The notes under the pieces are model-generated. The model was not told the origin of the DNA. It saw only the letters and a list, made by a program, of their open reading frames with translations, and did no database searches. The translations under genes and the position numbers were made by a program. Shown here piece after piece: positions 40,590 through 49,260 of a DNA stretch of 64,000 nucleotides (position 1 is the stretch's first letter; the number at the start of each line of letters is the position of its first letter). Source of the stretch: an uncultured Candidatus Binatia bacterium (GTDB lineage: Bacteria > Desulfobacterota > Binatia > Bin18); contig OZ243961.1 in NCBI GenBank assembly GCA_965214605.1, positions 288,001 to 352,000 of the forward strand, given 5' to 3'.

Positions 40590-43334
40590 ATGGCACGCAG
40601 AGAGTTTGACGACGATAAAAAATCCTATAGCGGACTCTTCCTCTTCTCTGTTGGTCTCTTACTGATGGGGACGGTCTGGTCGGTCTGGGACGACGCGGTG
40701 TCGCGTCGTCCGTGGAAAAAATACCAGGCTGAGTTCGCCCGTATGTCCTATCAGAAGCTGACCGCAGACCTCGAGCAGGAGGAGGGACGGCTGGCCAATG
40801 ATCCGGCCTACCAGGAGGCGGTGACAGCACTGGCCACAGCCCAAGCGCAGGTCAACAGCGAGGAGGGGGCTCAGCGTCAGGCCGAGCTGCAGGCCGAGCT
40901 GGCGGTTGCCGAAGTGGCGGCCGGCGATGCCGAAAACGCCCTCCGGCTGGTGCGCAGCGAGATTGAGGTGGCCTGGTACGAGTATGACCACGCCATTATA
41001 ACGAACCAGTCGACCCACGCCCCCAAGGAACATCTTGATGAGCTGCTGGCCGAGGCCGAGGTTTTGGATGCGGCCTTCAAAGCCAGCACTGCCCACCGGG
41101 ACCAGATCCAGAACGAAATTGATGAAATCACCCTCAGCGTCCGAGAGTGGAGCGATACCCTGCGGCAGCTGACCGCTGACCGCGAGCGCTTAAAACAGCG
41201 GCGGGATGATACCGTGTTGTTTGCCTCCGAGAGTGTCCTCATTCCCTACTTCCCGTCTATTGAGCAGGTGGTCTTGTCGGAGTTTGATCGGAGTAATTTT
41301 GATACCCCGCTGCAGCGTGTCGACCGCTGTATCTCGTGTCACGTGGGGATTGATCGCGGGGGCTTTGAGGACCAGCCCCATCCGTACAAAACCCACCCCC
41401 ATCGGCGGCTGTTGCTGAGCACGCATGTCGGGTGCACGCCGTGCCATGAGGGACAGGGGGTGGCCACGAATAGCATTGCCCAGGCGCACGGCAACGTGCA
41501 GTTCTGGGAACACCCGCTGCTCGAAGGGGAGAAGGTTGAGGCCAACTGCATTAAGTGTCACGCCGACGTGCAGAATGTCGAATTTGCCGAGAATATCGCC
41601 CGAGGCGAGAAGCTGTTCATGCAGGTGGGGTGCGCGGGCTGTCACCTCGTTGAGGGCTATGGCGAGGTCCGCAAGATTGGGCCTCATCTGAGACGAGTGG
41701 CGGCAAAAGCCGATCCGTCCTGGTTGGTGGAGTGGGTGACCAACCCGCACCAATTCCGCCCCCAAACCCGCATGCCGCAGTTCTTTTTTACCCAGGCCGA
41801 GGGGGAAGCCATTGCCGCCTATCTCCTCGACGCGAGTCAAGAAGCGGGCCAGGCCTGGCTGGACACGAGGCCGGCGCCACAGGGCATTGATCCGACCGAC
41901 GCCGCGCTGGTCGAACGAGGCAGAGCCCTGGCTGCTTCGGTCGGCTGCCGGGGCTGTCATATGCTTGAGGAGGGGCAAACGGCGACCCTCGTCGGCTCGA
42001 CCAAGACGTATGCGCCGCTGCTGGCCCGGATTGCGGAAAAGACCAGCCCGCGTTGGCTCTACTACTGGATCAAGAATCCCCGCGACTACTCGCCGCATAC
42101 GGCCATGCCAAGTCTGCGTCTGACCGATGAGGAGGCCACAGCCATCGTCTCCTACCTGATGACCCTGGGAGAAGAACCGGCCGCCTTTGCCGCGCGGCCC
42201 GACCTCGAAGATCCCGAGCTGATCGATCACGGCCAGGGGCTCATCCGCCAGTACGGCTGTCACGGTTGTCATGAGATTCCGGGCATGGAGAGAGAGGGGC
42301 GGATTGGGGTGGAGCTGTCCGCCTTTGGCTCCAAGACGCTCGAAGAGCTCTATTTTGGGAACCGGACCGACATTCCCCATACCTGGGATGGCTGGACGTA
42401 CTATAAGATCAAGGAACCGCGCGGCTATGCAACCGAGCGCATTGCGCAACTGATGCCGTGGTTTAATTTACCGGATGAGGATATCCGCCTGATTCGGGTC
42501 TTTCTGGCCAGTCGGACCGAAGGCGAGTTTGCCGAAGCCTACCATGCCCACAGCAAATGGACCGCGGCCTTGGTTGCGGGTGAGCGCTTAGTCCAATACT
42601 ACAACTGTACCGGCTGCCACATGATAGAGGACAAGGGGGGAGACATTCGGGCGTTGTACCACGAGAGTCCAACCCTTGCCCCGCCCATCCTCAAGGGGCA
42701 GGGCGAGAAGGTCCAACCCGAGTGGCTGTACGAATTTCTCAAAGGGCCGACCCCCATCCGTCCCTGGCTTGAGGTTCGTATGCCTACCTTCCATTTGACG
42801 GATACCGATGCCCGGACCGCGGTCGACTACTTTATCGCCCAGGCCAAGCTCGACAATCCCTACACCTTCGTCAATCCCGCCGACCTCTCGCCCCATATGG
42901 TGCAGGCGGGCAATAGGCTGATGTCCGATGACTACTTCGCCTGTTTCTCGTGTCACCAGCAGGGCGACAAAAAACCCGAGGGCCCTCCCGAGGGCTGGGC
43001 GCCTGATTTAGAGCTGGCCAAAGAGCGTCTGAATCCAGACTGGGTGGTCAGATGGATTGAAGATCCCCAAAGCCTGATGCCGGGAACGCGTATGCCGAGT
43101 TTTTATCCGGGCGGACCGGATGATATTTTAGCGGCCGATGAACCCAAACAGATGGAAGCCATGCGGGACTATATCTGGACCCTGGGCGTTTCGCAGCGGG
43201 CCGCAGAGCCCGCCTCTGCGGCGCCGGATCCGGCGGCTGGTGGGGGGGAGCGCGTGCACTCTGCTCCCGAGACCGCGCCGGGGCCCGCGTTGTCCGGGGA
43301 ATCGGTCGCGTCCTCCGCGGCGTCCTCCGGGTAG
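40590..43334 (+). CDS. Membrane-anchored octaheme cytochrome c with coiled-coil stalk
   Basis: N-terminal TM helix, long heptad-like helix and 8 CxxCH motifs (CISCH, CTPCH, CIKCH, CAGCH, CRGCH, CHGCH, CTGCH, CFSCH). Confidence 0.93.
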   Translation: MARREFDDDKKSYSGLFLFSVGLLLMGTVWSVWDDAVSRRPWKKYQAEFARMSYQKLTADLEQEEGRLANDPAYQEAVTALATAQAQVNSEEGAQRQAELQAELAVAEVAAGDAENALRLVRSEIEVAWYEYDHAIITNQSTHAPKEHLDELLAEAEVLDAAFKASTAHRDQIQNEIDEITLSVREWSDTLRQLTADRERLKQRRDDTVLFASESVLIPYFPSIEQVVLSEFDRSNFDTPLQRVDRCISCHVGIDRGGFEDQPHPYKTHPHRRLLLSTHVGCTPCHEGQGVATNSIAQAHGNVQFWEHPLLEGEKVEANCIKCHADVQNVEFAENIARGEKLFMQVGCAGCHLVEGYGEVRKIGPHLRRVAAKADPSWLVEWVTNPHQFRPQTRMPQFFFTQAEGEAIAAYLLDASQEAGQAWLDTRPAPQGIDPTDAALVERGRALAASVGCRGCHMLEEGQTATLVGSTKTYAPLLARIAEKTSPRWLYYWIKNPRDYSPHTAMPSLRLTDEEATAIVSYLMTLGEEPAAFAARPDLEDPELIDHGQGLIRQYGCHGCHEIPGMEREGRIGVELSAFGSKTLEELYFGNRTDIPHTWDGWTYYKIKEPRGYATERIAQLMPWFNLPDEDIRLIRVFLASRTEGEFAEAYHAHSKWTAALVAGERLVQYYNCTGCHMIEDKGGDIRALYHESPTLAPPILKGQGEKVQPEWLYEFLKGPTPIRPWLEVRMPTFHLTDTDARTAVDYFIAQAKLDNPYTFVNPADLSPHMVQAGNRLMSDDYFACFSCHQQGDKKPEGPPEGWAPDLELAKERLNPDWVVRWIEDPQSLMPGTRMPSFYPGGPDDILAADEPKQMEAMRDYIWTLGVSQRAAEPASAAPDPAAGGGERVHSAPETAPGPALSGESVASSAASSG

Positions 43335-43383
43335 GAGGCGCGTCGGGGGAGAAGAACCCTATCCAAGTGAAGGAGGAGGAGAT

Positions 43384-44106
43384 ATGTACAGTGGTAAACA
43401 TCTAGTCGCCCTAGCTGTCCTGAGTATGCCTGTTGTTGGCCTCTCACACGCGTGGGGCTATGAGGGCGGGGCGGTGAGCAACGGAGGAACGATTCGTGGA
43501 ACGGTGAAGTTTGTGGGTGAGGCCCCGGCCATGGCCCGGATTGAAGCGACGAAAGACGTGGAGGTGTGCGGCAAAACAGAAAAGTTTGATGAGGCGCTTG
43601 TGGTTGGCGAGGGGAACGGGCTCAAGAACGTGGTGGTGTCCATTACCAATATTGAGAAGGGCAAGGCGCAGAGTGCTGAAGGCGGGACCCTGGACCAGAA
43701 AGAGTGTGTCTACCGTCCCCGCGTTGTTCTTTCCCCGGCCGGTTCTGATCTGAATATTTTGAACAACGACGGGATTCTGCACAATATTCACACCTACAGC
43801 GAGGCCAACCCTCCGATCAATAAGGCCCAGCCGAAGTTTCGGAAGAAGATGGCGCAGAAATTCGAGCAGCCCGAAACGGTGCGGGTTGAGTGCGATGCTC
43901 ATGGCTGGATGAAAGGCTGGCTCGTGGTGACCGACCATCCCTACTACGCGGTGACCGATGCCAGCGGGGCGTTTGAATTGACAGCGGTTCCTGCCGGTTC
44001 CTATAGCCTGAAATTTTGGCATGAAACGCTCGGTGAGCTGAGTCAGGAGGTCATGGTTGAGGCGGCTGGCGCGGCCTCGGTGACGGTTGAGATGGCTCAG
44101 CAATAA
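43384..44106 (+). CDS. Periplasmic cupredoxin-like / carboxypeptidase-regulatory-like domain protein
   Basis: Signal peptide, LDQKECVYRP, ILHNIH, CDAHGWM and TDASGAFELTAVPAGSY; RBS AGGAGGAGG. Confidence 0.8.
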   Translation: MYSGKHLVALAVLSMPVVGLSHAWGYEGGAVSNGGTIRGTVKFVGEAPAMARIEATKDVEVCGKTEKFDEALVVGEGNGLKNVVVSITNIEKGKAQSAEGGTLDQKECVYRPRVVLSPAGSDLNILNNDGILHNIHTYSEANPPINKAQPKFRKKMAQKFEQPETVRVECDAHGWMKGWLVVTDHPYYAVTDASGAFELTAVPAGSYSLKFWHETLGELSQEVMVEAAGAASVTVEMAQQ

Positions 44107-44116
44107 TCGGGGAGAG

Positions 44117-44148
44117 AGAAGAGACCGCTGGTCGGCCTCTTCTTTTTT
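44117..44148 (+). terminator. Probable intrinsic terminator of the Rieske/cytochrome b operon
   Basis: AGAAGAG...CTCTTCT stem followed by a T-run, just after the stop at 44106. Confidence 0.5.
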
Positions 44149-44162
44149 CAAAAAGCTTTCAT

Positions 44163-44188
44163 TGACTATAGTCAAAAACTTTTATTCC
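44163..44188 (-). repeat. GGAAT-N9-TGACTATAGTCA motif, copy 1
   Basis: TGACTATAGTCA-AAAACTTTT-ATTCC on the + strand. Confidence 0.85.
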
Positions 44189-44213
44189 AAAAACGCTGAC
44201 TTGGTACTCCCCA

Positions 44214-45026
44214 CTAGGGGTTCACCACCTGTTCTCCCCTTTGCCAGCGTTGGGCTCCATCGGACTGCTCTAGCGTTTGGGCCAGAGCCTGGCAGAGTTC
44301 ATAATGGCTCCCATCAAGGCCGGCTTTGGTCAGACTGTCAATGAAACCGTTGAGCACGGCATTGCCCATGACAAACGCATGGGCATCAATGGGCACCTGC
44401 TGCGCAGACGGGCTGTGTCCATAGGCGTGTTCACATGCCGTCAGGCGCAGCGAGTTCCAGGCGCGGCATTTGAGGGGCCGGGCTTCGTAGGCCATGCAGC
44501 GGTTCTGATCTAAGAGGGGGCAGGCACGGGGCGGCTGTGGGCGGGGGGAACGAGGAGCCTGCTGGTGGTGGAGGCGGGTGGCGAGGCGGTGGCGCAGGGC
44601 GTCGAGTTCGGCGTCCGTGCAATGGCGCCGAAGCCAGGCGGCGAGGGAGAGTGCTTCGGCCGCGGTGACGAGCACAACGGGCACATAGCAGCACCAGGCA
44701 CAGCCCGCGTGGCAGGCGCGCCGGCCCTTTTGGGGGGACTGGTCAATGATCGTGTCGGCCCAGCTCTGGGCATTGGCGACGAGGCGGTCGAGCAGAGCGG
44801 TGGTGTCCGGTCCGTGGTGGATGATATCGGTGGCATCATGAAACTCGGCCGCATAGACCTGGAGTTCATGCCTGGCCGCTGGTGGTAAGCCGGGGAGGGT
44901 GTCGAGATACTGCTGGATCTGTGTCGGTGAGGGCAGCTGCTGGAGGGCGGCTTTGATCGCGGCGACCGTGGGTGGTCGGGGGGCGGGGCGTTTTTTTTGT
45001 TGCCGGCGTCGTCGTGCTCGGTTCAT
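44214..45026 (-). CDS. YkgJ/UPF0153 family cysteine-cluster protein
   Basis: CHAGCAWCC, CPLL and CMAYEARPLKCR. Confidence 0.85.
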   Translation of the reverse strand: MNRARRRRQQKKRPAPRPPTVAAIKAALQQLPSPTQIQQYLDTLPGLPPAARHELQVYAAEFHDATDIIHHGPDTTALLDRLVANAQSWADTIIDQSPQKGRRACHAGCAWCCYVPVVLVTAAEALSLAAWLRRHCTDAELDALRHRLATRLHHQQAPRSPRPQPPRACPLLDQNRCMAYEARPLKCRAWNSLRLTACEHAYGHSPSAQQVPIDAHAFVMGNAVLNGFIDSLTKAGLDGSHYELCQALAQTLEQSDGAQRWQRGEQVVNP

Positions 45027-45159
45027 GGCGCGTTTTCTCCTGCCTCCTTCTTTTAAGCCCCTGGCGGCGGGTGTGTCAAGCGACAGGGGGGGACGGCAGC
45101 AGGCTTGCGTTCTGGGCCAGTCGGCATAAGATAGGGGGGACTCAGAAGGGAGGCACGAT

Positions 45160-45597
45160 ATGGCGACAGTCCATCAGGTATTCGACCCACTCGACGCGGC
45201 CCTAGTCCGGACCGATGAAGAGGAATGGATTCAGAGTGGAGAAGGCAACCAGTTTAAAGTGTTGCGGATCAGTAAAGAGACCGGAGCCTGGAGCGCGCTC
45301 ATCAAGGCGAAAAAAGGGCAGGTCAATCCGCCGCATACGCACCTTGGGGCGGCCGACTTTTATGTCATCTCGGGAGGCTTTGACTATCGGGGCGGTTCTG
45401 CACGGGCAGGCGACTGGGTCTATGAGCCGGCCGGAGCAGTGCACGAAGCCACCTCACATCCCGTTGATACGATTTACCTCGCGAATGTCTACGGCCCGGT
45501 CGGCTTTCACGATGCGGAGGGCAATATTGCCCAGGTCCTGGACTGGCGGACCATTCAGCTCATGGTTGATGAGGCTAAGCAAAAGGCTGACGGCTAG
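45160..45597 (+). CDS. Cupin domain protein (ChrR-like / 2,4'-dihydroxyacetophenone dioxygenase-like)
   Basis: PPHTHLG, AGDWVYEPAGAVH and ANVYGP; RBS GGGAGG. Confidence 0.85.
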   Translation: MATVHQVFDPLDAALVRTDEEEWIQSGEGNQFKVLRISKETGAWSALIKAKKGQVNPPHTHLGAADFYVISGGFDYRGGSARAGDWVYEPAGAVHEATSHPVDTIYLANVYGPVGFHDAEGNIAQVLDWRTIQLMVDEAKQKADG

Positions 45598-45642
45598 CAG
45601 CCTTTTGAGGGAGAAGGTTTTTCCCCTCTTTACACCACACTC

Positions 45643-45786
45643 TGACTATAGTCAGAGTGTAAAATTCCAGCCCCTACCAAACACCCCCTCATATCAAAAC
45701 CCCTATTAACTCTTTTGTTTTTGGGATGTAGATGTAAATTGGGGAGGAGGGTCAGAGGTTGGAATAGATATTTTTGACTATAGTCA
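45643..45786. repeat. Inverted pair of GGAAT-N9-TGACTATAGTCA motifs (copies 2 and 3), MITE-like 144 bp
   Basis: Copies at 45643-45668 (-) and 45761-45786 (+); copy 2 sits in the perfect 24-bp palindrome ACACTCTGACTATAGTCAGAGTGT (45637-45660). Confidence 0.75.
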
Positions 45787-45886
45787 GATTATTCTTGAGG
45801 GTGTCCACAGTTAACATGTTGAGCCCCGACCGGCCGGCATCTGCATCCCCCAGACGACGAGCCTCCCTCCTGCATCCCGACTTCTC

Positions 45887-45940
45887 ATCGTCAGGGGACA
45901 TGGTTTCAAGAATCTCGGCCCACTTGTCCCGCGCCACATT
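45887..45940 (-). repeat. 54-bp direct copy of the 3' end of the DUF151 gene (matches 47196-47249)
   Basis: 53/54 identical by eye; encodes NVARDKWAEILE[T/N]MSPDD. Confidence 0.9.
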
Positions 45941-46470
45941 CCACCCCCCCAGCGTCGTCATGCTCCGAGGCGCTGACTCCACGCGCAGCGCAATCTGGGG
46001 CCTGGGGCGGCGGCCGATTCGAGCAGTGGTATGGGCGGTGATCAGCCGTAAACGCCGAAGTTTCAGCGTCTTCGCCTCAAGATGTTGCATCCGGTCACGA
46101 CGGTCTGGAAGACGGGGAAGAGGTTGAGAGGTTGATCTGAACGCCGTGGTCGCCGCACCACGGTCGCCCACGGCCGAGGGCACGCGCCCTCGCCAAAGCT
46201 GTACCTGGCCAGACAACAGGTCAAACGCTCTGAGCGCCTCAGCCGCGGCCGAGTTGCCCCATACCTTGGGGACGGGTTCAGCGGCGTAAACCGCGGGGGA
46301 TTGCCGTGATCTTGGTCATCGTGTCCGTCGCCGCGAAGAGTGAGGCGACTCGGTTGAGGTCTACCCGGTCAATCGGGACTCGCTGAGCGCCGAGGTAAAG
46401 GGCCGCATGGGGGGAGACGTCAATACGACGTCTTTGCCAGAAGTCATCAGACTTCTTATATATCCACAAA

Positions 46471-46498
46471 AGTTAACATAATATATCTTATCAGACAT
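46471..46498 (-). other. dif: dif site (XerC/XerD chromosome dimer resolution site)
   Basis: Minus strand ATGTCTGATAA-GATATA-TTATGTTAACT versus E. coli GGTGCGCATAA-TGTATA-TTATGTTAAAT; intergenic and locally AT-rich. Confidence 0.85.
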
Positions 46499-46524
46499 AA
46501 AAGGCGCCCCGCAACCCCCCGCCC

Positions 46525-47172
46525 TTACTCGACGAGCTTATACTCCACGAGCGCTTTTAAGGACGGGCTGGGGCTGACTTCGAGAAAGCGCCGATAGTAC
46601 AGGCGGGCCTGTTCGGGATCGTGGGTGTTCTCACAGAGCCGGGCCGCGGCCCACAAGGCCGGGGCCTGCGCCGGTCCCGGGCTGTCGGCCGCCCGGCTAT
46701 AGTGGCGGCGCGCGCGCGCGAGATCGCCCGCCTGCTCGGCGGCGTCGCCGAGCTTGAGCCAGGCAAACGGGACGAGGTAGTGGGCGGCGGCCGGCGGTGG
46801 GGCGGCGGCGACCATGGCGCGGTAGGCCTGGAGCGCTCTCTCGGGGTCGTGCGGCTCAGCCGCCCGGCCCAGGTACCAGAGCGCCAACTGGCGCGGCCGC
46901 CCGGCCAAGTGCGCCGCCGCGGCTTCAAAATGCCCGACCGCCCCGGCCGCGTGCGCCGCCATCCCCACCCGCAGGGCCTCCAGGCCGTGCGCGGTCTGGG
47001 CCGACCAGACCAGGCGGCCCCCGACCCAGGCACCGCCGATGAGGACTCCCAGGCTGGCCAGGCTCAGACACAGGCGCCGCCGGTGCCGACTCCACCGCGC
47101 CACCGGTCCGGCCCACCGCGCCAGCCGCTCAAGCGGCTGACGACGGAGGGTCGCTTTTCGTGCGGGTCGCAT
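46525..47172 (-). CDS. Membrane-anchored tetratricopeptide-repeat protein (YfgM-like), very GC-rich
   Basis: N-terminal TM helix and TPR-like helices (ALWYLG, AWLKLGDAAEQAGD, ARLYYRRFLE). Confidence 0.65.
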   Translation of the reverse strand: MRPARKATLRRQPLERLARWAGPVARWSRHRRRLCLSLASLGVLIGGAWVGGRLVWSAQTAHGLEALRVGMAAHAAGAVGHFEAAAAHLAGRPRQLALWYLGRAAEPHDPERALQAYRAMVAAAPPPAAAHYLVPFAWLKLGDAAEQAGDLARARRHYSRAADSPGPAQAPALWAAARLCENTHDPEQARLYYRRFLEVSPSPSLKALVEYKLVE

Positions 47173-47177
47173 GCCGG

Positions 47178-47693
47178 CTACATCTTGTATTTGAAATCGT
47201 CAGGGGACATGTTTTCAAGAATCTCGGCCCACTTGTCCCGCGCCACATTGGAGAGGTCGGTGTCGTCCTTTTGCCCCTCCTGGTGCACCACGCTGGAGGC
47301 CTCAAGGACCTGTTTGGCCACGAAGATCGGGCTTTTGGTGCGCAGGGCTAAGGAAATCGCATCGCTCGGGCGGGCATCAATGGTCAGCGTGGCGTCCCCC
47401 GCCTGCAGACGAATGGACGCGTAGTAGGTGTTGTCCTTGAGCGCGGTGACCTCAATCGATTCGACCCGGCCGCCGAGCTCGGCAATCAGCGTGTGGAGCA
47501 AATCGTGGGTCATCGGGCGCGCCATCTGAATGCCCTCAAGCTCGGTGGCCATGGCCGTGGCTTCCATGAGCCCAATCCAAATCGGCAGGTTGAGCTTATT
47601 GTCGACATCCTTGAGCAGAACGATGGGCGTTTTGGTCATGGGGTCGAGGGTTAATCCCCCGACACGCATCTCAATAAAATTCTCTCGGGCCAT
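47178..47693 (-). CDS. Bifunctional nuclease family protein (DUF151)
   Basis: LPIWIGLMEA, RPMTHDL and IDARPSDAISLALR. Confidence 0.95.
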   Translation of the reverse strand: MARENFIEMRVGGLTLDPMTKTPIVLLKDVDNKLNLPIWIGLMEATAMATELEGIQMARPMTHDLLHTLIAELGGRVESIEVTALKDNTYYASIRLQAGDATLTIDARPSDAISLALRTKSPIFVAKQVLEASSVVHQEGQKDDTDLSNVARDKWAEILENMSPDDFKYKM

Positions 47694-47781
47694 AAATTCC
47701 CCCTTGCTCCGCCCTCACGGGTCTCCCCGCCCCACTCTGCCGTGCCCCGCCCCACAGCAGGAGACCCTCGCCAGGGCCCCG

Positions 47782-49194
47782 CTAGGCCGTGACCAACTGA
47801 TCGATCACCCGGTAGAGTTGGTTGAGGTTGCGGCACTCTTCGACCATCGTGCAGTAGGGCGCGTAGCGATCCATCTCGCTATCCCCAAATCCCCAGGTGA
47901 GCTTACTCTCCGGGTTGAGCCAGATCACCTGCTTGGCGTGCTGCTGGAGCTCTCTGAGCACCCACTCGTGGGGCAGATTGTAGTTATTGCGCGCGTCTCC
48001 CAAGATAATCACCGTGGTGCGCTTGGTGATCGTCGCAAAATGGTCGCGATGAAAGGTCCGAAACGCCCGGCCGAAGTCCGAATGGGCGTAGAGGTTGATC
48101 AGATTGCCCCGCAGCGATAAGTCGATGGCCGCGTGAATATCGTTGTCTTCGAACAGCCGGGTGACCTCGCCGAGGTCGGCGACAAAAATATAGCTGCGCA
48201 CCCGCGCGTAGAGATCCTGGATCGAGTACACAAACTGGAGCATGAAGCGCGAGACGTTGCGGACCGAGTCCGAGACGTCGCACAGGATGACCACCTGGGG
48301 CTTTTCTTTTTTCTTTTTGTCGAGCACGATCTTAAACGGCACGCCTCCGTACTGGAGGTTTTTGCGCAGGGTTTGCTGCAGATCAAACCGCCCCTTTTTG
48401 GCGTGTTTGCGCCGGATGGCAATCACCTGCTTGAGGCGCTGGGCGAGCCGGGCGACCGCCTCTTTCATTTTCCGAATCTCGTCTTCGGTCAGATAATAGA
48501 AGCTTTTATCGGCCAGGCTGCGCATCTTGTGCTGGTCGCGGACCTGGGCGTCCTGCTTCTCTAACTCGGCCCGCACATAGCTGCGAATCATGTGGGCCAA
48601 GTCCTGCAGGCGTCGGTCGAGATAGCCCATCATCTGCTCGATCTGTTCGGGCGACAGGCCCGCCTGCTGCAGGGCGTCTTTGAGCGTGGCCAGTTCCTGG
48701 GTCAGCTGACCGAAGCCGAGCTGCTGGGCGACCGCATTGGCAAACTGTCCCTCTTGAAACGCGCGCTGAATATCCTGCAGGTTGGCCTGCTCGGCCGCTT
48801 CGCGCAACAGGCGCTCCAACTGCCCGGTGTTGTTCTCCAGGAGGGCCCGGGCCAACTCGGACAGCTCAGCGCCCATGTGGGCAAGCGCGTCTTTGAGCTG
48901 CTCGAGAAACTGCGCGAACTCCTCTTCGGACAGCTCCATGGCCTGCCTTGTCTCGGCCCCGGCCTCTTTGATGATGTCCCCGAGGCCGGTGAAAAACATG
49001 TCGAACAGTTCGTCATAGACCGGGATGTCGACCACGCGCTTGACCAGGGTTGAGCGCAGCGTGTCCTTGACCACGGCGCGCTCGCCAAGGCCGAGCAGCC
49101 CGAGGGCGGCAAAGGTGTCCATATTCTCGGCGGCCGACACCTTGAGGCCGTTCTGCCGCAGGAGATTGCCAAATTCGATAATCTTATCGTCCAT
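47782..49194 (-). CDS. VWA domain protein (CoxE-like)
   Basis: LRQNGLKVS, MIDAS-like CDVSDSV, ILGDARNN and WLNPE. Confidence 0.9.
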   Translation of the reverse strand: MDDKIIEFGNLLRQNGLKVSAAENMDTFAALGLLGLGERAVVKDTLRSTLVKRVVDIPVYDELFDMFFTGLGDIIKEAGAETRQAMELSEEEFAQFLEQLKDALAHMGAELSELARALLENNTGQLERLLREAAEQANLQDIQRAFQEGQFANAVAQQLGFGQLTQELATLKDALQQAGLSPEQIEQMMGYLDRRLQDLAHMIRSYVRAELEKQDAQVRDQHKMRSLADKSFYYLTEDEIRKMKEAVARLAQRLKQVIAIRRKHAKKGRFDLQQTLRKNLQYGGVPFKIVLDKKKKEKPQVVILCDVSDSVRNVSRFMLQFVYSIQDLYARVRSYIFVADLGEVTRLFEDNDIHAAIDLSLRGNLINLYAHSDFGRAFRTFHRDHFATITKRTTVIILGDARNNYNLPHEWVLRELQQHAKQVIWLNPESKLTWGFGDSEMDRYAPYCTMVEECRNLNQLYRVIDQLVTA

Positions 49195-49260
49195 ACCCTA
49201 CCCTCTACAGAGAGGGGTGGCCTGAGCCCTCGGGGGAGCCCCCGCCGCCGCCCCTCAGCC

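Noticed and set aside
41190-42449. Long antisense ORFs (also 2796-3836, 11192-12100, 20459-21430)
   Set aside because: They are shadows of real genes, as expected from high-GC codon bias.
45752-46216. 154-aa ORF containing DUF151-like residues as a real gene
   Set aside because: Similarity is confined to the 54-bp duplicated segment; the rest is Arg-rich and not protein-like.
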